DNA of 64,000 nucleotides from Octopus vulgaris (Eukaryota): assembly GCA_951406725.2 (NCBI GenBank), contig OX597821.1, positions 99,820,001-99,884,000 on the forward strand, in the 5' to 3' direction. Shown here piece after piece: positions 25,999 through 39,353 of the stretch. Positions within the stretch are counted from its first letter, which is position 1; every line of letters begins with the position of its first letter. The position numbers and the translations under genes are program-made. The notes beneath the pieces were generated by a model. It saw nothing but the letters and a program-made list of their open reading frames with translations. It ran no database searches and was not told the origin of the DNA.

Positions 25999-28811
25999 GT
26001 ATGTATGTGTGTGTCTATATATTTGTGTGTCTCTGTTTGTCCCCCCCAACATCGCTTGACAATCGATGCTGGTGTGTTTACATCCCTGTAACTTTGCGGT
26101 TCGGCAAAAGAGACTGATAGAATAAGTACTACGCTTACAAAGAATAAATCCTGGGGTCGATTTGCTTGACTAAAAGGCGGTGCTCCAGCATGGCCACAGT
26201 CAAATGACTGAAACAAGTAAAAGAGTAAAAGAGTAAAATATATAATGGTGAGTTCAAACAAAATATATTTTGTTGGACACAGGCAAACTCAGTAGTGCTG
26301 GTGGCATGAAAAAACCCTCAGTACACACTGCAAAGTGGTTGGCACTGGGAAGGGCATCTAGCCATAGAAACTGAACCAAAGCTGACACTGGAGTGCTATT
26401 TCTAGCAGATCAAGAAACCACATATAAGTTTCCTCATTGATTTGAGTAGACATTGGCACAGCTAGGAGGTTGTGATGTGGGTGGTCTGCACCATGCAATG
26501 GGTTATGAAGGTGGGGCATCACTTCTGGGTGTGCTGTATAGACTATACAGGAAGCAGTGGGTGGAGGCAGAGTGGGAGCACACATTTTAGCTACATCACT
26601 GTGAAGAGACAGATTGGTGAGTTGTGGGGAACTTCCTGCATTTTCCAGAGCTGTCATTCATTACTATTAATGAAATGGTTACAACATAGTTTCATAAGAA
26701 GGTTCCACTTTATAAAGATTGTGGTAATTTATTCCAAACAAGACTTATTGGCATAGACATAAAGCCTAAGGAGTCCAAAGTAGAGGTGGTACTGGTTGTA
26801 GTGGTGGTGGTGATAGGGGGTGGTCAGCATTGTGGGATGGTCTGTATTTATGAAGTGGCATTCAAAATATAAATTAAGTGAAATGGAGCATTAAAATTCA
26901 TTTTAAAAAATTGTTATTTTTTGTTTAGTTTGTATTCTTGGGATCAATTTCTGATGAAAGAAAAGAAAAATATAAGATTCTGATATCCGCCCCAAATATA
27001 TTGAAAGAAAAAAATATCTATGCATAATATTATTGTTTACCTACAAACGTCTCCATCAATCATTGAAATAACTGTTTTTTGATTTAGATACAAAACCTGT
27101 AATTTTGAGGGGAGGGGGACAGTCGATTAAATAACACTAGTGTTTAACTGATACTTTATTTAAAAGCTGATGAAAGGAAAAGTTTTCCTCAGCAGGATTT
27201 GAATATGTGAAGAAAAAATAGAAACATTTTTGTATAGCTGCATTGGTGCCACCTATTTGGTGTTGGTGATTCAAAGCAGATTTATTTGACATCAAAGGTT
27301 CTTTAATATTTCTCTTCTTCTTTAGGTGGCAAGCTGGCAGAATCGTTACTGCAACGGGCAAAATGTTTAGCAGAATCGTTACTGCAACGGGCAAAATGTT
27401 TAGCAGCATTTTGTCCCTCTTTATGCTACAAGTTCAAACTCCGCTGAGGTTGACTTAGCTTTTCATCCTTGTAGAGAACGATAAAATAAGTACATGAAAC
27501 AATAGACTTAGGTGTGTCATGATCCCCTGATCCCATGGGGCTGGAGCCTAACCCAGTTTACCTGGCGAATAAGTAACTGAGATCACAGTACTCTCCACTC
27601 CTGAACGTGACGCCTATCCGTCGCAAGGTTTAATTCCCCAAACGTTCCTGGTACTCGTCTGTAGCTGAGTAGACTGGAGCAACATGAAATGAAATGTTTT
27701 TTTTCTTAAGAACACAATGCAGTGTTAGGTCTGGGAATCGAACCTACAATCTTACGATTGGGAGCGCAACATCCTAATGACTAGGCCACATGCCTTCATG
27801 AAACAATAATGAAAATAAAAAAGAAAAAAAACCATAAACACACACACACACACACCCCACAAACACACACCCACAAACACACACAGACAAATACTTGTAA
27901 TTTCAACAGTATAAACAATCATAGTATTTATTATATTAAATAAAAGAGATGAGAAATTTTTTTGAAGAAAAAGACAAAAATACAAAAAGACAGCTTTAGA
28001 TTCAGATTTTTTTATTCACGTTTCTTTTGTCTTCTGAGGTCTTTTGGGAATTTTTCAACAATAGAAACAAATAATTATATTTGACAGCTTATCTGGAAAT
28101 AGTAATTCCAACCAAAATTTGATATGCAAAGTGTAGAGTACAAGAGAGAATTTTCTGTTTATTATTTTTTTAAAGTATATTTATTGACATTTCTGTTTGT
28201 TTGGTTTTCTGAAAAAAACATATGTCAGCTGCATAAAGTTGAATTTCTAACTAACAACAGTGATTTTTTCTTCTCTTATAATTTTTTTTATGAAAAGACA
28301 CAAGGCCCCCAAATTTGTAGAAGAGATTACTTTAAATTGAAGTGACCCCAGAAAATGAGAAATTTATTTCATCGACCCTGGAAAGCTGAAACGCAAAGTC
28401 AACCCTGGAGGTATTTGAACAGTGGATGTAGAGAGATGTTCTATTAATCTTAGTGCTGAACAACGGCTGAACTTCTATCCTCTCATTGATGTAATAATAA
28501 TTTTTTTTTACATAGATACAGAGGCCTTAGATCTTTTTTTTTTTCATATATATATAAGAATTGAGCGGGATGCTGTAATGTTTATGCTTTTTCTTCCTAA
28601 GGAATTAGTATACCATAAATGATGTAAAGTGGTTTTGATGAGAATCAAAACTGAGCTGCAGCTTGGGCTTATCAATAGCACCTTGCCCTACAGCATTCTC
28701 TGATTTTAGTTGTAAGAAAAATAAGGGAAGTTAACAATAAGGATTGCTTCTACTTTAAGGATGAAGCCAACATTTTTGAGATGATGGGTCGGTGGGGCGG
28801 TCTAATTAATA

Positions 28812-29451
28812 CAGGGTGCAGCAGAAATACCTCCCACATTTTAAACTTTCACCTATGTGTTGCTAATGAAGTTATGCAAGTGCCAAGGATGTTTTCATTT
28901 AAGCTAATGAACAACAGTAAAATTAATTTAAACAAAAATAGGCGTAGGAGTTGCTGTGTGGTAAGTAGCTTGCTTACGAACCACATGGTTCCAGGTTCAG
29001 GCCCACTGCGTGGCACCTTGGGTAAGTGTCTTCTACTATAGCCTCGGGCCGACCAAAGCCTTGTGAGTGGATTTGGTAGATGGAAACTGAAAGAAGCTCG
29101 TCGTATATATATGTATATATATATATGTGTATGTGCGTGTTTGTGTGTCTGTGTTTGTCCCCCCAACATCGCTTGACAACCGATGCTGGTGTGTATACGT
29201 CCCCGTAACTTAGCGGTTCGGCAAAAAGAGACCGATACAATAAGTACTAGGCTTACAAAGAATAAGTCCCGGGGTCGATTTGATCGACTAAAGGCGGTGC
29301 TCCAGCATGGCCACAGTCACATGACTGAAACAAGTAAAAGAGTAAAAGAGTAAAGAGAGTAACAGTAAAATTAACTTTTCATAAATGTTGTTATTTTTTT
29401 AAAAACTTTTGTCAGCATTTCAAATGTGGGAGGTATTTCTGCCGCACCCTG
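28812..29451. mobile_element. Tc1/mariner-type MITE
   Basis: ~30-bp TIRs cagggtgc(a/g)gcagaaatacctcccacattt flanked by TA on both sides; interrupted by a SINE. Confidence 0.85.
28927..29360 (+). mobile_element. Full-length tRNA-derived SINE (family A)
   Basis: tRNA-like head with A/B-box-like segments, internal (TA)n(TG)n slot, (AAAGAGT)n tail and 14-bp TSD aacagtaaaattaa. Other copies at ~8150-8415, 18662-18920, 24405-26235, 33460-33870, 50620-50996, 54570-55250, 57232-57630 and 61305-61550. Confidence 0.9.
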
Positions 29452-29616
29452 TACCATAGACTCTAGTTCTTGACTGATATTTAATTTTATCGACCCTGGA
29501 GGGATGAAAGCCAAAGTTAACCTTGGCAGGATTTGAACGTAGAAGGTAAAGAGCTGGAATAAATACTGCAAGGCAGCTTCTCTGACGCTCTTACAATTCT
29601 GCCAATCTACTATCTC

Positions 29617-29659
<43 letters not shown>

Positions 29660-29671
29660 GAAATAATAATA

Positions 29672-30035
29672 ATCATTCTTTGTACTATTGGTACAAGGCC
29701 TGAAATTTTAGGGATGAGATGGTCGATTAGATCGACCCCAGTACTCAACTTGTACTTAATTTATCGACCCCTGAAAGGATGAAAGGCAAAGTCGACCTCG
29801 GCGGAATTTGAACTCAGCATTTCGCTCGGCGTCCTAACAATTTTGTCAGCTCGCCGCCTTAACAATAATAAAAAAATATAATAATCCTTTCTTCAATAGG
29901 CACAAGGCCTGAAATATGGGAGGGGAGGGGATAGTCGATTACATCGACCCCAGTGTTTGACTGGTACTTAATTTATCGACCCCGAAAGGATGAAAGGCAA
30001 AGTCGACCTCGATGGAATTTGAACTCGGGACGTAT

Positions 30036-30089
<54 letters not shown>

Positions 30090-30465
30090 GAAATAATAAT
30101 AATCATTCTTTGTACTATTGGTACAAGGCCTGAAATTTTAGGGATGAGATGGTCGATTACATCGACCCCAGTACTCAACTTGTACTTAATTTATCGACCC
30201 CTGAAAGGATGAAAGGCAAAGTCGACCTCGGCGGAATTTGAACTCAGCATTTCGCTCGGCGTCCTAACAATTTTGTCAGCTCGCCGCCTTAACAATAATA
30301 AAAAAATATAATAATCCTTTCTTCAATAGGCACAAGGCCTGAAATATGGGAGGGGAGGGGATAGTCGATTACATCGACCCCAGTGTTTGACTGGTACTTA
30401 ATTTATCGACCCCGAAAGGATGAAAGGCAAAGTCGACCTCGACGGAATTTGAACTCGGGACGTAT

Positions 30466-30521
<56 letters not shown>

Positions 30522-30725
30522 CCTTTCTACTAAAGGCATGAGGCCTGAAATTTTGGGGTAGGGGACTAGTCAATTACATGGACCCCAGTATTCAGCTAGT
30601 ACTTAATTTATCGATCTCGAAAGAACGAAAGACAAAGTCGACCTCTGTGGAATTTGAACTCAGAACGCAGCGACGGGCGAAATACCGCTAAATATTTCGT
30701 CCTGCGCGCTAGCGATTCTGCCAGA
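29672..30725 (-). mobile_element. Cluster of Meta-type SINEs (family B) separated by (AAT)n
   Basis: Repeated gcctttcatcctttcggggtcgataaattaagtaccag core (minus-strand reading). The family also occurs at ~3712-3880, 6220-6440, 32565-32782, 40545-40850, 42510-42730 and 43310-43710. Confidence 0.8.
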
Positions 30726-30737
30726 ATAATAATAATA

Positions 30738-31265
30738 ATAGATCAAATATTGTAGGGAAAATAATCGCATTGACAAAACATAGTTGTTTATAGATATGTT
30801 AATTCCAACAGATTGCGACATCTCAGTTAAAAAGAAAAAAAAATTGAAAACCAAATATATAGACTTTGAATTAGAGGCCTCCAAAAGGTACCATCTAAGA
30901 ACAATAACTGTATTTGTGATCATTGGGACTTTGGGCATAATACCAAATGACACCCCTAAACACTATGTTCAAATACCAGGAAACCAAAAAGTAACAGAAT
31001 TACAAAAAGTTGTTTTCATGATTCTTTAACAGAACTGCAAAATGTTGTTCTCGTGATTCTCTTAAAGCTTTTTTCAAAAGTGCAAATATTACCACAAATT
31101 TTTTAACGGAACCTTAATTCCTAGTATTTGGTCGCCTTTCTCTACAACATATCATTCCTAATCATAAATAACAACCACGGTAAAACGTCCAACTTAACTG
31201 TTATTTGAGGTCTTGTGGGTGAGAGTTGGAACAAACCGTATAAAAACAAAGCAACAATCACACAA
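30738..31265 (+). mobile_element. R4/Dong-type non-LTR retrotransposon 3' fragment (restriction-like endonuclease) in (TAA)n
   Basis: FIDMLIPTDCDISVK..KLKTKYIDFELEA...TITVFVIIGTLGII...IPG...ELQKVV matches the RLE C-terminus. (AAT)n on both sides. Confidence 0.8.
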
Positions 31266-31280
31266 ATAATAATAATAATA

Positions 31281-32484
31281 AGGATCTTTTCATTTCCAAG
31301 ACCTGTTTTGTCAGATTTTTCTAGTTAACTAAATAATTTGAAACTTCGTATACTGGTAGAGTGTCTCAAAAGAAAACATTAGTTTCAACTTGTTTATTTG
31401 AGAAAAATGTATTTTATAACTTTAAGGGTAGATTAAATCTGCGAATTTTAACCAATCGTATTGTTTGTTTTCATTTGAAATAATTAACTGCATTATCTTA
31501 GTGTGACGTAGAAAGCTATTTTGTGACTTAGACAGCTGTGCGTAGGTCTGTGTTTTGTGTGCGTGTGTGTGTGTTTGATGGGGTGTGGGAGACAGAAAGT
31601 ATGTTGTGTAAGTGAAGTACTTCTGTTAGTGTGTGTGAAGAGACAGAGAGAGTAATGTATGAAAGAGAGAGATAACTGAAATTTTTTACTCGGTGTATGT
31701 GTATATGTATGTATGCATGTATGTGTGTGTGTGTATGTATCTATGTATGTGTGTGTGTGTATGTATGTGTGTGTATGTATGTGTGTGTGTGTATGTATGT
31801 ATGGCCGATTCAGTGTTTACATTATTTCGAGTTAAAACGAAAGATTACCAAAAAAATTTTGTCTATAACTTCGATCACTGTCATTATTCCATTGAGTCAA
31901 CCTCATTATTTTCTACATAGCAAAGGTAATCTTTCGTTTTAACTCGAAATAATGTAAACACTGAATCGGCCATACATACATACACACACACACATACATA
32001 CACACACATACATACACACACATACGAAAGATTGCCAAAGATAAAAAGTTACAGAAATAAAAGTTACACGAATAAAGTAAGGAATAAAAATTACAAAAAA
32101 TATACGAAAATTTACAAAAAGTAAGTTAGTTATATAATATATAAGTTTAATATATAAGTTAGTTAATAATATATAAAAAAATGTGAATAGAAACTGAAGG
32201 AATACGGTAACCGGGTGTTTACATTTCACGTATGTTAAATACGTCAGCAAAATAGCCGTTTACGTCTATTGAGACGGAGTAAATAATATGAAGCCGAAAG
32301 ACCGAATACCATTGGTTAAAATTCTAATTATTAAACAACGTTAAACTTTGAAATTACAATTTCGTTTTCATTCTGGTTTACAATTATGTTTTCTTTTGAC
32401 ACATTCTACCAGTATACGAAGTTTCAAATTGTTTGGTTAAGTAGGAAAAATCTGAAAAAACAGGCCTTGGAAATGAAAAGATCC
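31281..32484. mobile_element. MITE with ~100-bp TIRs containing an inner inverted-repeat element (31801-31972)
   Basis: 31281-31380 is the reverse complement of 32385-32484 with few mismatches. The inner ~47-bp arms are perfect. Confidence 0.85.
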
Positions 32485-32514
32485 CAATAATAATATTAAT
32501 AATAATAATGATAA

Positions 32515-32564
<50 letters not shown>

Positions 32565-32972
32565 TTTTCAAAATTTTGTCACAATGCCAGCAATTTTGAG
32601 GGAGGGGTAAGTCGATTACACCAACCCCAGTATTCATTCACATGGCACTTATTTTAACGATCCTGAAAGTATGAAAGGCAAAATCCACCTGGGTGGAATT
32701 TGAACTCAGGATGTAAAGACGGAGGAAATGCCGCCAAGCATTTTGCCCGGCGTGCTAACGATTCCGCCAGCCTCACCGCCTAAATAAAAACAACAACAAC
32801 AACATCAACATCAACAATAATAATAAAACATTAATAAAGATATATAATTATATAATAATATGATATATTACACTCCTCCTCCAGAATTATTGGCCTTGTG
32901 CCAAAATTTGAAAACAATAATAATAATAATAATAACACCACCACCACCACCACTACCAACAACAACAACAAC

Positions 32973-33003
<31 letters not shown>

Positions 33004-33245
33004 GTTTCAAAGTTTGGCACAAGGCCAGCAATTTTAGGGGCCGGGGTGTTAGTTGATACTATCAACCCTAGTACTTTACTAGTATCTTTATCTTAAAGAC
33101 TCTGAAAGGATGAAAGGCAAAGTTGACTTTTGCAGGATTTGAGTACAGATCATTAAGAACCCAGAACGAATCCCGCAAAGCATTTTCCCCCTGCTAATTA
33201 TAGAAAAGCTGAAGGCCCTATATATAATGAGAATGCCATGCTTCA

Positions 33246-33278
<33 letters not shown>

Positions 33279-33594
33279 AAGAAGAAAAGGGTCTGTTAAA
33301 CAGCTTATTAGGTTTAATTATTATTTTGTTTATTAAGCAACCGAATAATAAGTATTCAGTAATATTACTTCAGTTTGCTTAGGCATTAAATACACTGCTC
33401 TCAGTCTAGTTTTTCAAGCTTCTCCTGAAAAAATACGCGAAATCTAAAAATCATAAGAAATTTGCTTCCCACCCACATGGTTTCGGGTTCAGTCCCACCG
33501 CGTGGCAACCTAGGCAAGCGTCTTCTACCATAGCCTCGAGTTAACTAAATCATTTTGAGTGGATTTGGTAGACGGAAATGGAAAGAAGCCCGTC

Positions 33595-33704
<110 letters not shown>

Positions 33705-34641
33705 ATATCTGTGTTCGTCGCCCTCTATATGAGCCCGTAATATAGCGGTTCGACAAAAGAAACTGATAAGATAACTACCAGGCTTAAAATAAAGTCCTGG
33801 GTGCGATCCATTTGACTAAAAATTCTTCAAGGCGGTACTCCAGCATGGCCACAGTCTAATGACTGAAACAAATTCTGAATTAAAGTTGCACACAGGTCTT
33901 CCTTGTCTCCTATCTACCCAGGGCCAATTAAATAAGCACCAGTAAGACATCTCTATTGTTTATACCAGGGTATCGATTGTTTCTCCTCCTCCCGATATTA
34001 TGCTTCTAATGTCTTCTGGAAAGGCATGAATGTCACGTAAGCAATGTCCTTTTAATACAATTCTGATGTTTCTTGTTTCTTCTGCATCGAATCAGCATCA
34101 CCAAACAGGTGGCGCCAATGCAGCTAAGCAAAAACGTTCCTTTTATTTACCTTCTGTAATAAATCCTGCTGAGGACAACTTTTCCTTTCATCCTTCCGGA
34201 GATCAATAAAATAAAGTACCAGTTCAAATTTCAGGCCTATATAAGAAAATAATTATCCATTGCCTTAAAAATCTCTCTAGTTTCATTGACCTCTAAATTT
34301 GTTTAACATTTTTTTTTTACAAATGGAGTAAACGGAAGGCTAAACTGATATGATTTACGAATATTTTGGAGGAAAAATGTGTGAAAAAATATGCGTTTTG
34401 TTTGTTTGGCAGATTCAACTAATGAATAATGAAAATTATGATGAACAGAAATAAGCATAAAGTTTAAGGGGTGGGAGAAGAGAGTATAAAAGACAAAGAA
34501 GTTTTAAAGGCAGAGAGGGTGTAAGGAAGGAATTTGCAGAGTTTAATAGTAAGGTACCAAGAAAAATAACAATGAATTAAGAGATGACGAAAGATCTATT
34601 TACAAACAAGTTCACATAAAGTAAGCTTTAAAAGTTTATCG

Positions 34642-35000
34642 TAGAGGTCGGCAAACACTTTATATGGATTGACTCTTTCATGATTCATTGCTTGGTTATT
34701 GACCCCCATCATGTAAATTGCAGAAATAAAATTAAAAAGTATAATTAATAAAAAAAATTCTTATTTAAAACAATAATTCCTTTAGGCTTTTTTTTCTTCT
34801 GTGTAGTTACCACTTTTTAATAAAAAAAAAAGGGAGAAATTTAATGAAAATACTTAACGAAATTGCTGTGACGCATTTCGCTATCAATTCAGCACCCTTA
34901 ATGCTCAGAATCGTTTCAGGTGTTTATTAACCCCTTGCATAGCCACATAGCCCCCACCACCACCACCAGAAATCAACATCGACCACTTTGCCGACCCCTG
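34642..35000. mobile_element. hAT-type MITE
   Basis: Ends tagaggtcggcaaa / tttgccgacccctg; the 8-bp TSD is only partly preserved. Confidence 0.6.
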
Positions 35001-36115
35001 ATTTAGTGGTTTGTGTTGAAGGTTTAAGAAATCAGTATAAGATGAAAGCAGGGAGCCATTTTTTTTTTTAAATATAAAATCATCGTATTTATTGTTCTCT
35101 TTTTATCACACTGATATCTTTCTGGTTCCTGAAGGTCTTAAAAATTATGATACAATGTTAATTAATCATATTCATATATATTAATAACTGTTTCATTCTC
35201 TACGCATCCTTTTATATGCCGCCTTATATTTCTGAGGGCAAATGCTGTCACAGTTAATACTGTCAAATACTGTCAAAGTTAATATGTACTTCATCTCGCC
35301 AGGGTAGATATAATTACAATTGATTTACTTACATTGTAGCAAGGTACTGCATTTCCCCGTCATAGACAAAAACCACACACACACACACACACACTCACAC
35401 ACACAGATTATATATATTATACAAAAGCATATCCACTCACACACATATAAACACATACACACACACACCATAGCAATAATTATTGGAAACTGAAAACTTC
35501 ATTAATTATTTTTCATTTCCAATCTTCGGATTTCGTCTGAAGATCACAAGAAAGAAATTCTGATTAGTAATTAGTGCAGGTTTTTTTCCTTTTTGCGTAG
35601 AATTATTATATTATATTTATTGGAATGAATATAATATAATAATTCTACATTTTGTATTTAGTACTCTTTATTGTTCTTCGTGTTTGGCCAGCTTTTGTGC
35701 TAAAACATGCACAGCAGTAATAATTGTTTATCCTGATTAATATGGGATGAAGCTTTTTCGATAACAACGTCTGGTAAGATTAAGCGTATAATTTTGATAA
35801 CAGCATGGGTAGTTACAATAAGCAGCTTCCATTGTATTTGTGCGTGTATTTGCCTATGAGTATTTGCGTGCGTGCCTGCGTGCGTGTGCGTGTGTGAGTG
35901 TGTGTGTGTGTGTCTGCATCTACAACACACATGCTCTGAAGTTGATGATTCACTGTAACTACTCAGAGTTTCATGTTATATCGTAGTTCTTCAGGCGACA
36001 AAATGACTCAATATTTTGTCGCCTGAATGATGGCTCACGGCAAGAAACTCCATCAAATAATAGAATGAATCAACACACACGCATATACATACATACATAC
36101 ATAATACATATATAC

Positions 36116-36176
<61 letters not shown>

Positions 36177-36604
36177 TATATATATGTATACGCACCCTTT
36201 CCTTGTCCTGTCTTTTACTGCTTATATTTTGTACTGTCGTTACTGTCCTGGTTTTATTACCATTTTTACCCCTCTGCAAAAAGATCTCAAATTTTATTTG
36301 ATTTGCTTTTCGCAGGAAGGAAAGTTTCTTATCGAAGATATGTCTCGCCTTCACCTTCGAAACGTAGAGTAGATGAAACCATGGCGACTGAAGAAGGGTT
36401 TTTTTCTTTGTGTTATTTGTCCTGTACTCTATTTTTTTGTTGTTTAAAAAAAGTGTCCAGTTCCTTGGGTTTGTGTCTATGTTTTCGTTTCTCATTGTGT
36501 TCGACGTTTTTTAGGTATCCTGTACTCATATATGCGTGTATATATACATGTAGAGGTAGGTACGTACATATATGTATATATATATGCATATGTTTTATTT
36601 ATTA

Positions 36605-36689
<85 letters not shown>

Positions 36690-37011
36690 TATATACATAC
36701 ACACACACACATATATATATATATATGTATACATATATATATCTACAGATTTCTCTAATATATATGTAATTATTTTGAGGAACAGTAGATCTCGAAGCGC
36801 ATAAAGTATATAAAAACCCTTTTGAATAGAAAGTGGAAGGATGCGTGTGGGTTTGAGACTCACGGGCAGCTTTTAGCGTTTTTTTTTATCCAAAAATAAT
36901 TTTCAACCCTATATATATTATTTACAACTCTATGTGCTTCGAGGTTCACTGTTCGATGAAAGAATTATTTTGCATTCTCCCGAAAGTTTATAAATTATTA
37001 TGACGTCAACA

Positions 37012-37042
<31 letters not shown>

Positions 37043-37174
37043 TGTATGTATGTATGTATGTATGTATGTATGTATGTATGTATGTATGTATGTATGTATG
37101 TACGCACACATACACGCACACGCACGTACACATACACGCATACACACACATACACACATACCTATCAAAACCCC

Positions 37175-37220
37175 AATTCCGAAAGAGCCGTAGGCGAAAC
37201 AAAATATATTTTGTCGTACT
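37175..37220 (+). ncRNA. Degenerate hammerhead with long palindromic stem III
   Basis: c-gaaaga gcc-gta-ggc GAAA caaaatatattttg TC. The core is damaged. The same palindrome recurs at ~26258-26273. Confidence 0.45.
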
Positions 37221-39260
37221 AAGGATTATACATTAAATATCTTATGAATTAAAAACTTCATAAGAGCCTTTGTCATGGCTGAAGCAATGCTCTTTCGATG
37301 GAATTAACGATTACATATTTAGCCTTTTTCTTTTCATATCCGTTCTCTTCCTTTGGTGGCTTTTAACGGGTGGAGAGCTGAACCATCCTGGGGGTACAGA
37401 GGATTTGCAATCTAGACTAGGGTCTGAAAGTTTACCACACCATAGTGAGTTACACCATGGTTCCTCTACTTTGTGGCAGAAGTAGGAAGAAAGAGTGAGA
37501 GAAAGTTGTGGTGAAAGAGTACAGCGGAGTCCAGTTTCCTGGTTTCTATGGGGTATGTGTTCCCCCAGCTGGACGGGACGCCAGTCCATTGCAGCGTTAC
37601 TCAAGAAACAGGAAGAAAGAGTGAGAGAAAGTTGGGGCGAAAGAGTACAACAGGGGTCGCCACCAAGCCCCGCCAGAGCCTCGTGGAGCTCAGGTGTTTT
37701 TGCTCAATAAACATTCACAATGCCCGGTCTGGGAATCGAAACCGTGTTCTTACGACCGCGAGTCCGCTGCCCTAACTACTGGGCCATTGCGCCTCCGCTG
37801 TTGCTGTTGTCTGTTCCTAGGACAGTCTGGTTCTAGCAAGTCTAATATTGAAGCCAATCAAGTTGTAAGCGTAACACATTCTTTTGTCTGGCGATGACTG
37901 ATGAACTGTCGATATGGTTGAACAACCAATCCTAACCAGTCGAGATTCACAACACGGGTTGTACTATTCGTCCTTTCGATTGCCGAATAAAAAATACGTG
38001 GCTCGCGAGACCTCTGTCCGAGAGATTTTTCTGAGCCACCATCTCACTCTTGTTCACCAATCCGTCACAAGTTTACCTGTTGACTACCGAGCGAACTAGA
38101 GCTCAAGAACACAACGCACCACTCACTCGATCTTTGCAGTATTTGTTCCGGTCCTTTACATTCTGAGTTCAAATTCCACCGAGGTCCAACCACAAAGGCC
38201 ATGCACCCTCGCTTTTTTCCTAAGGAATGTAAATTTAGGATTGAATCATCCAATCTGTCCTTCCTGTTTTACTGTGGTTGGATGTGACGTGTGAGAGATA
38301 CGGCTGCTATTGTTAGTAAGATCAAATGGTCACATAATGCTCGGGGCAAACCGAGTCTGTGATGAGGTTCTGATTCTCAAACGCATTATTTTGTTTAACG
38401 GATAAAACAAAAGTCAAAATGTCTGATTTCTATTTCTTATAATATTCTTTATATTTGTTTATATATGTATGCATTTGTACATATTGTGTGTGTAGATGTG
38501 TTTTGCTTGCGTATGTGTGCATGTATGTATGTATGTATGTATGTATGTATGTATGTATGTATGTATGTATGTATGTATGTATGTATGTATGTATGTGTGT
38601 ATGTATTGTATTGTATGTATGTATGTATGTATGTATGTATGTATGTATTAATGTGAGTTTGGAAGGATATATTATCAGGGCGGATACCGAGAGGTGGCTC
38701 TCAGCTATGTTCCAGGTTACGGCTAATCGCATCGATTAGTATTTAACGTCTATGACTAGTATTAGTTGTCACTCACGCTGTAAATTCATCCGATGGGTTA
38801 TTCCGTGTTCGCTTCTCTGGATGGTGATATTATCTGGAGTGTACATTAGCAATAATTATAACGATATAGAATATGGAGACTTGTTCATCTTCAAAAGTTA
38901 TTTCCTTTTATTTTACAATTTCATGCAGCATATTTTTATGGTTGTCACGACCTACACGTGTTTCCATTACACGGAGTACAGGCGGTTGCACATGCAACCG
39001 GGCATAATTTTCTATGCAGCTTCGTTCAGGGTTTGTCCATTGGAAATATATTTTGAGAATGAACAAGTCTCCATATTCTATATCGTTATAATTATTGATC
39101 CTCCCACTCTCTCTCTGTATATACGTATATATGTACGTATGTATATATGTGTTACACCACCTGTCTTCGTCTTTTGTTTTCTTCGTGAACTCTCTCTACA
39201 CACACGCACACATATATATATATGTATCAAATGAAATCAAAAACAGAACACAAAGGATGT

Positions 39261-39353
39261 CGCGGTACACGTGTTTCAAGCTTTATAAACGACCTATTCT
39301 TACATCAGTGCATAATCGACATAAAGGATGGTTTAAAGCTCTCTTCAGCCGCA
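39261..39353 (-). ncRNA. Type I hammerhead, intact core
   Basis: tgcgg CTGAAGA gagcttta-[48 nt]-taaagctt GAAA cacgtg TA ccgcg. Predicted cleavage between 39266 and 39265. An inverted copy of the 3' half and tail lies at 39428-39496. Confidence 0.85.

Noticed and set aside
28940-29015. tRNA-like sequence (also 8437-8510)
   Set aside because: These are SINE heads followed by SINE bodies, not tRNA genes.
29617-30725. Regularly spaced repeats resembling a CRISPR array
   Set aside because: SINE copies and a tandem duplication in eukaryotic DNA; no unique spacers and no cas genes.
38752-39234. 160-aa non-repetitive ORF
   Set aside because: No recognisable domain or splice structure, and it ends in repeat sequence.
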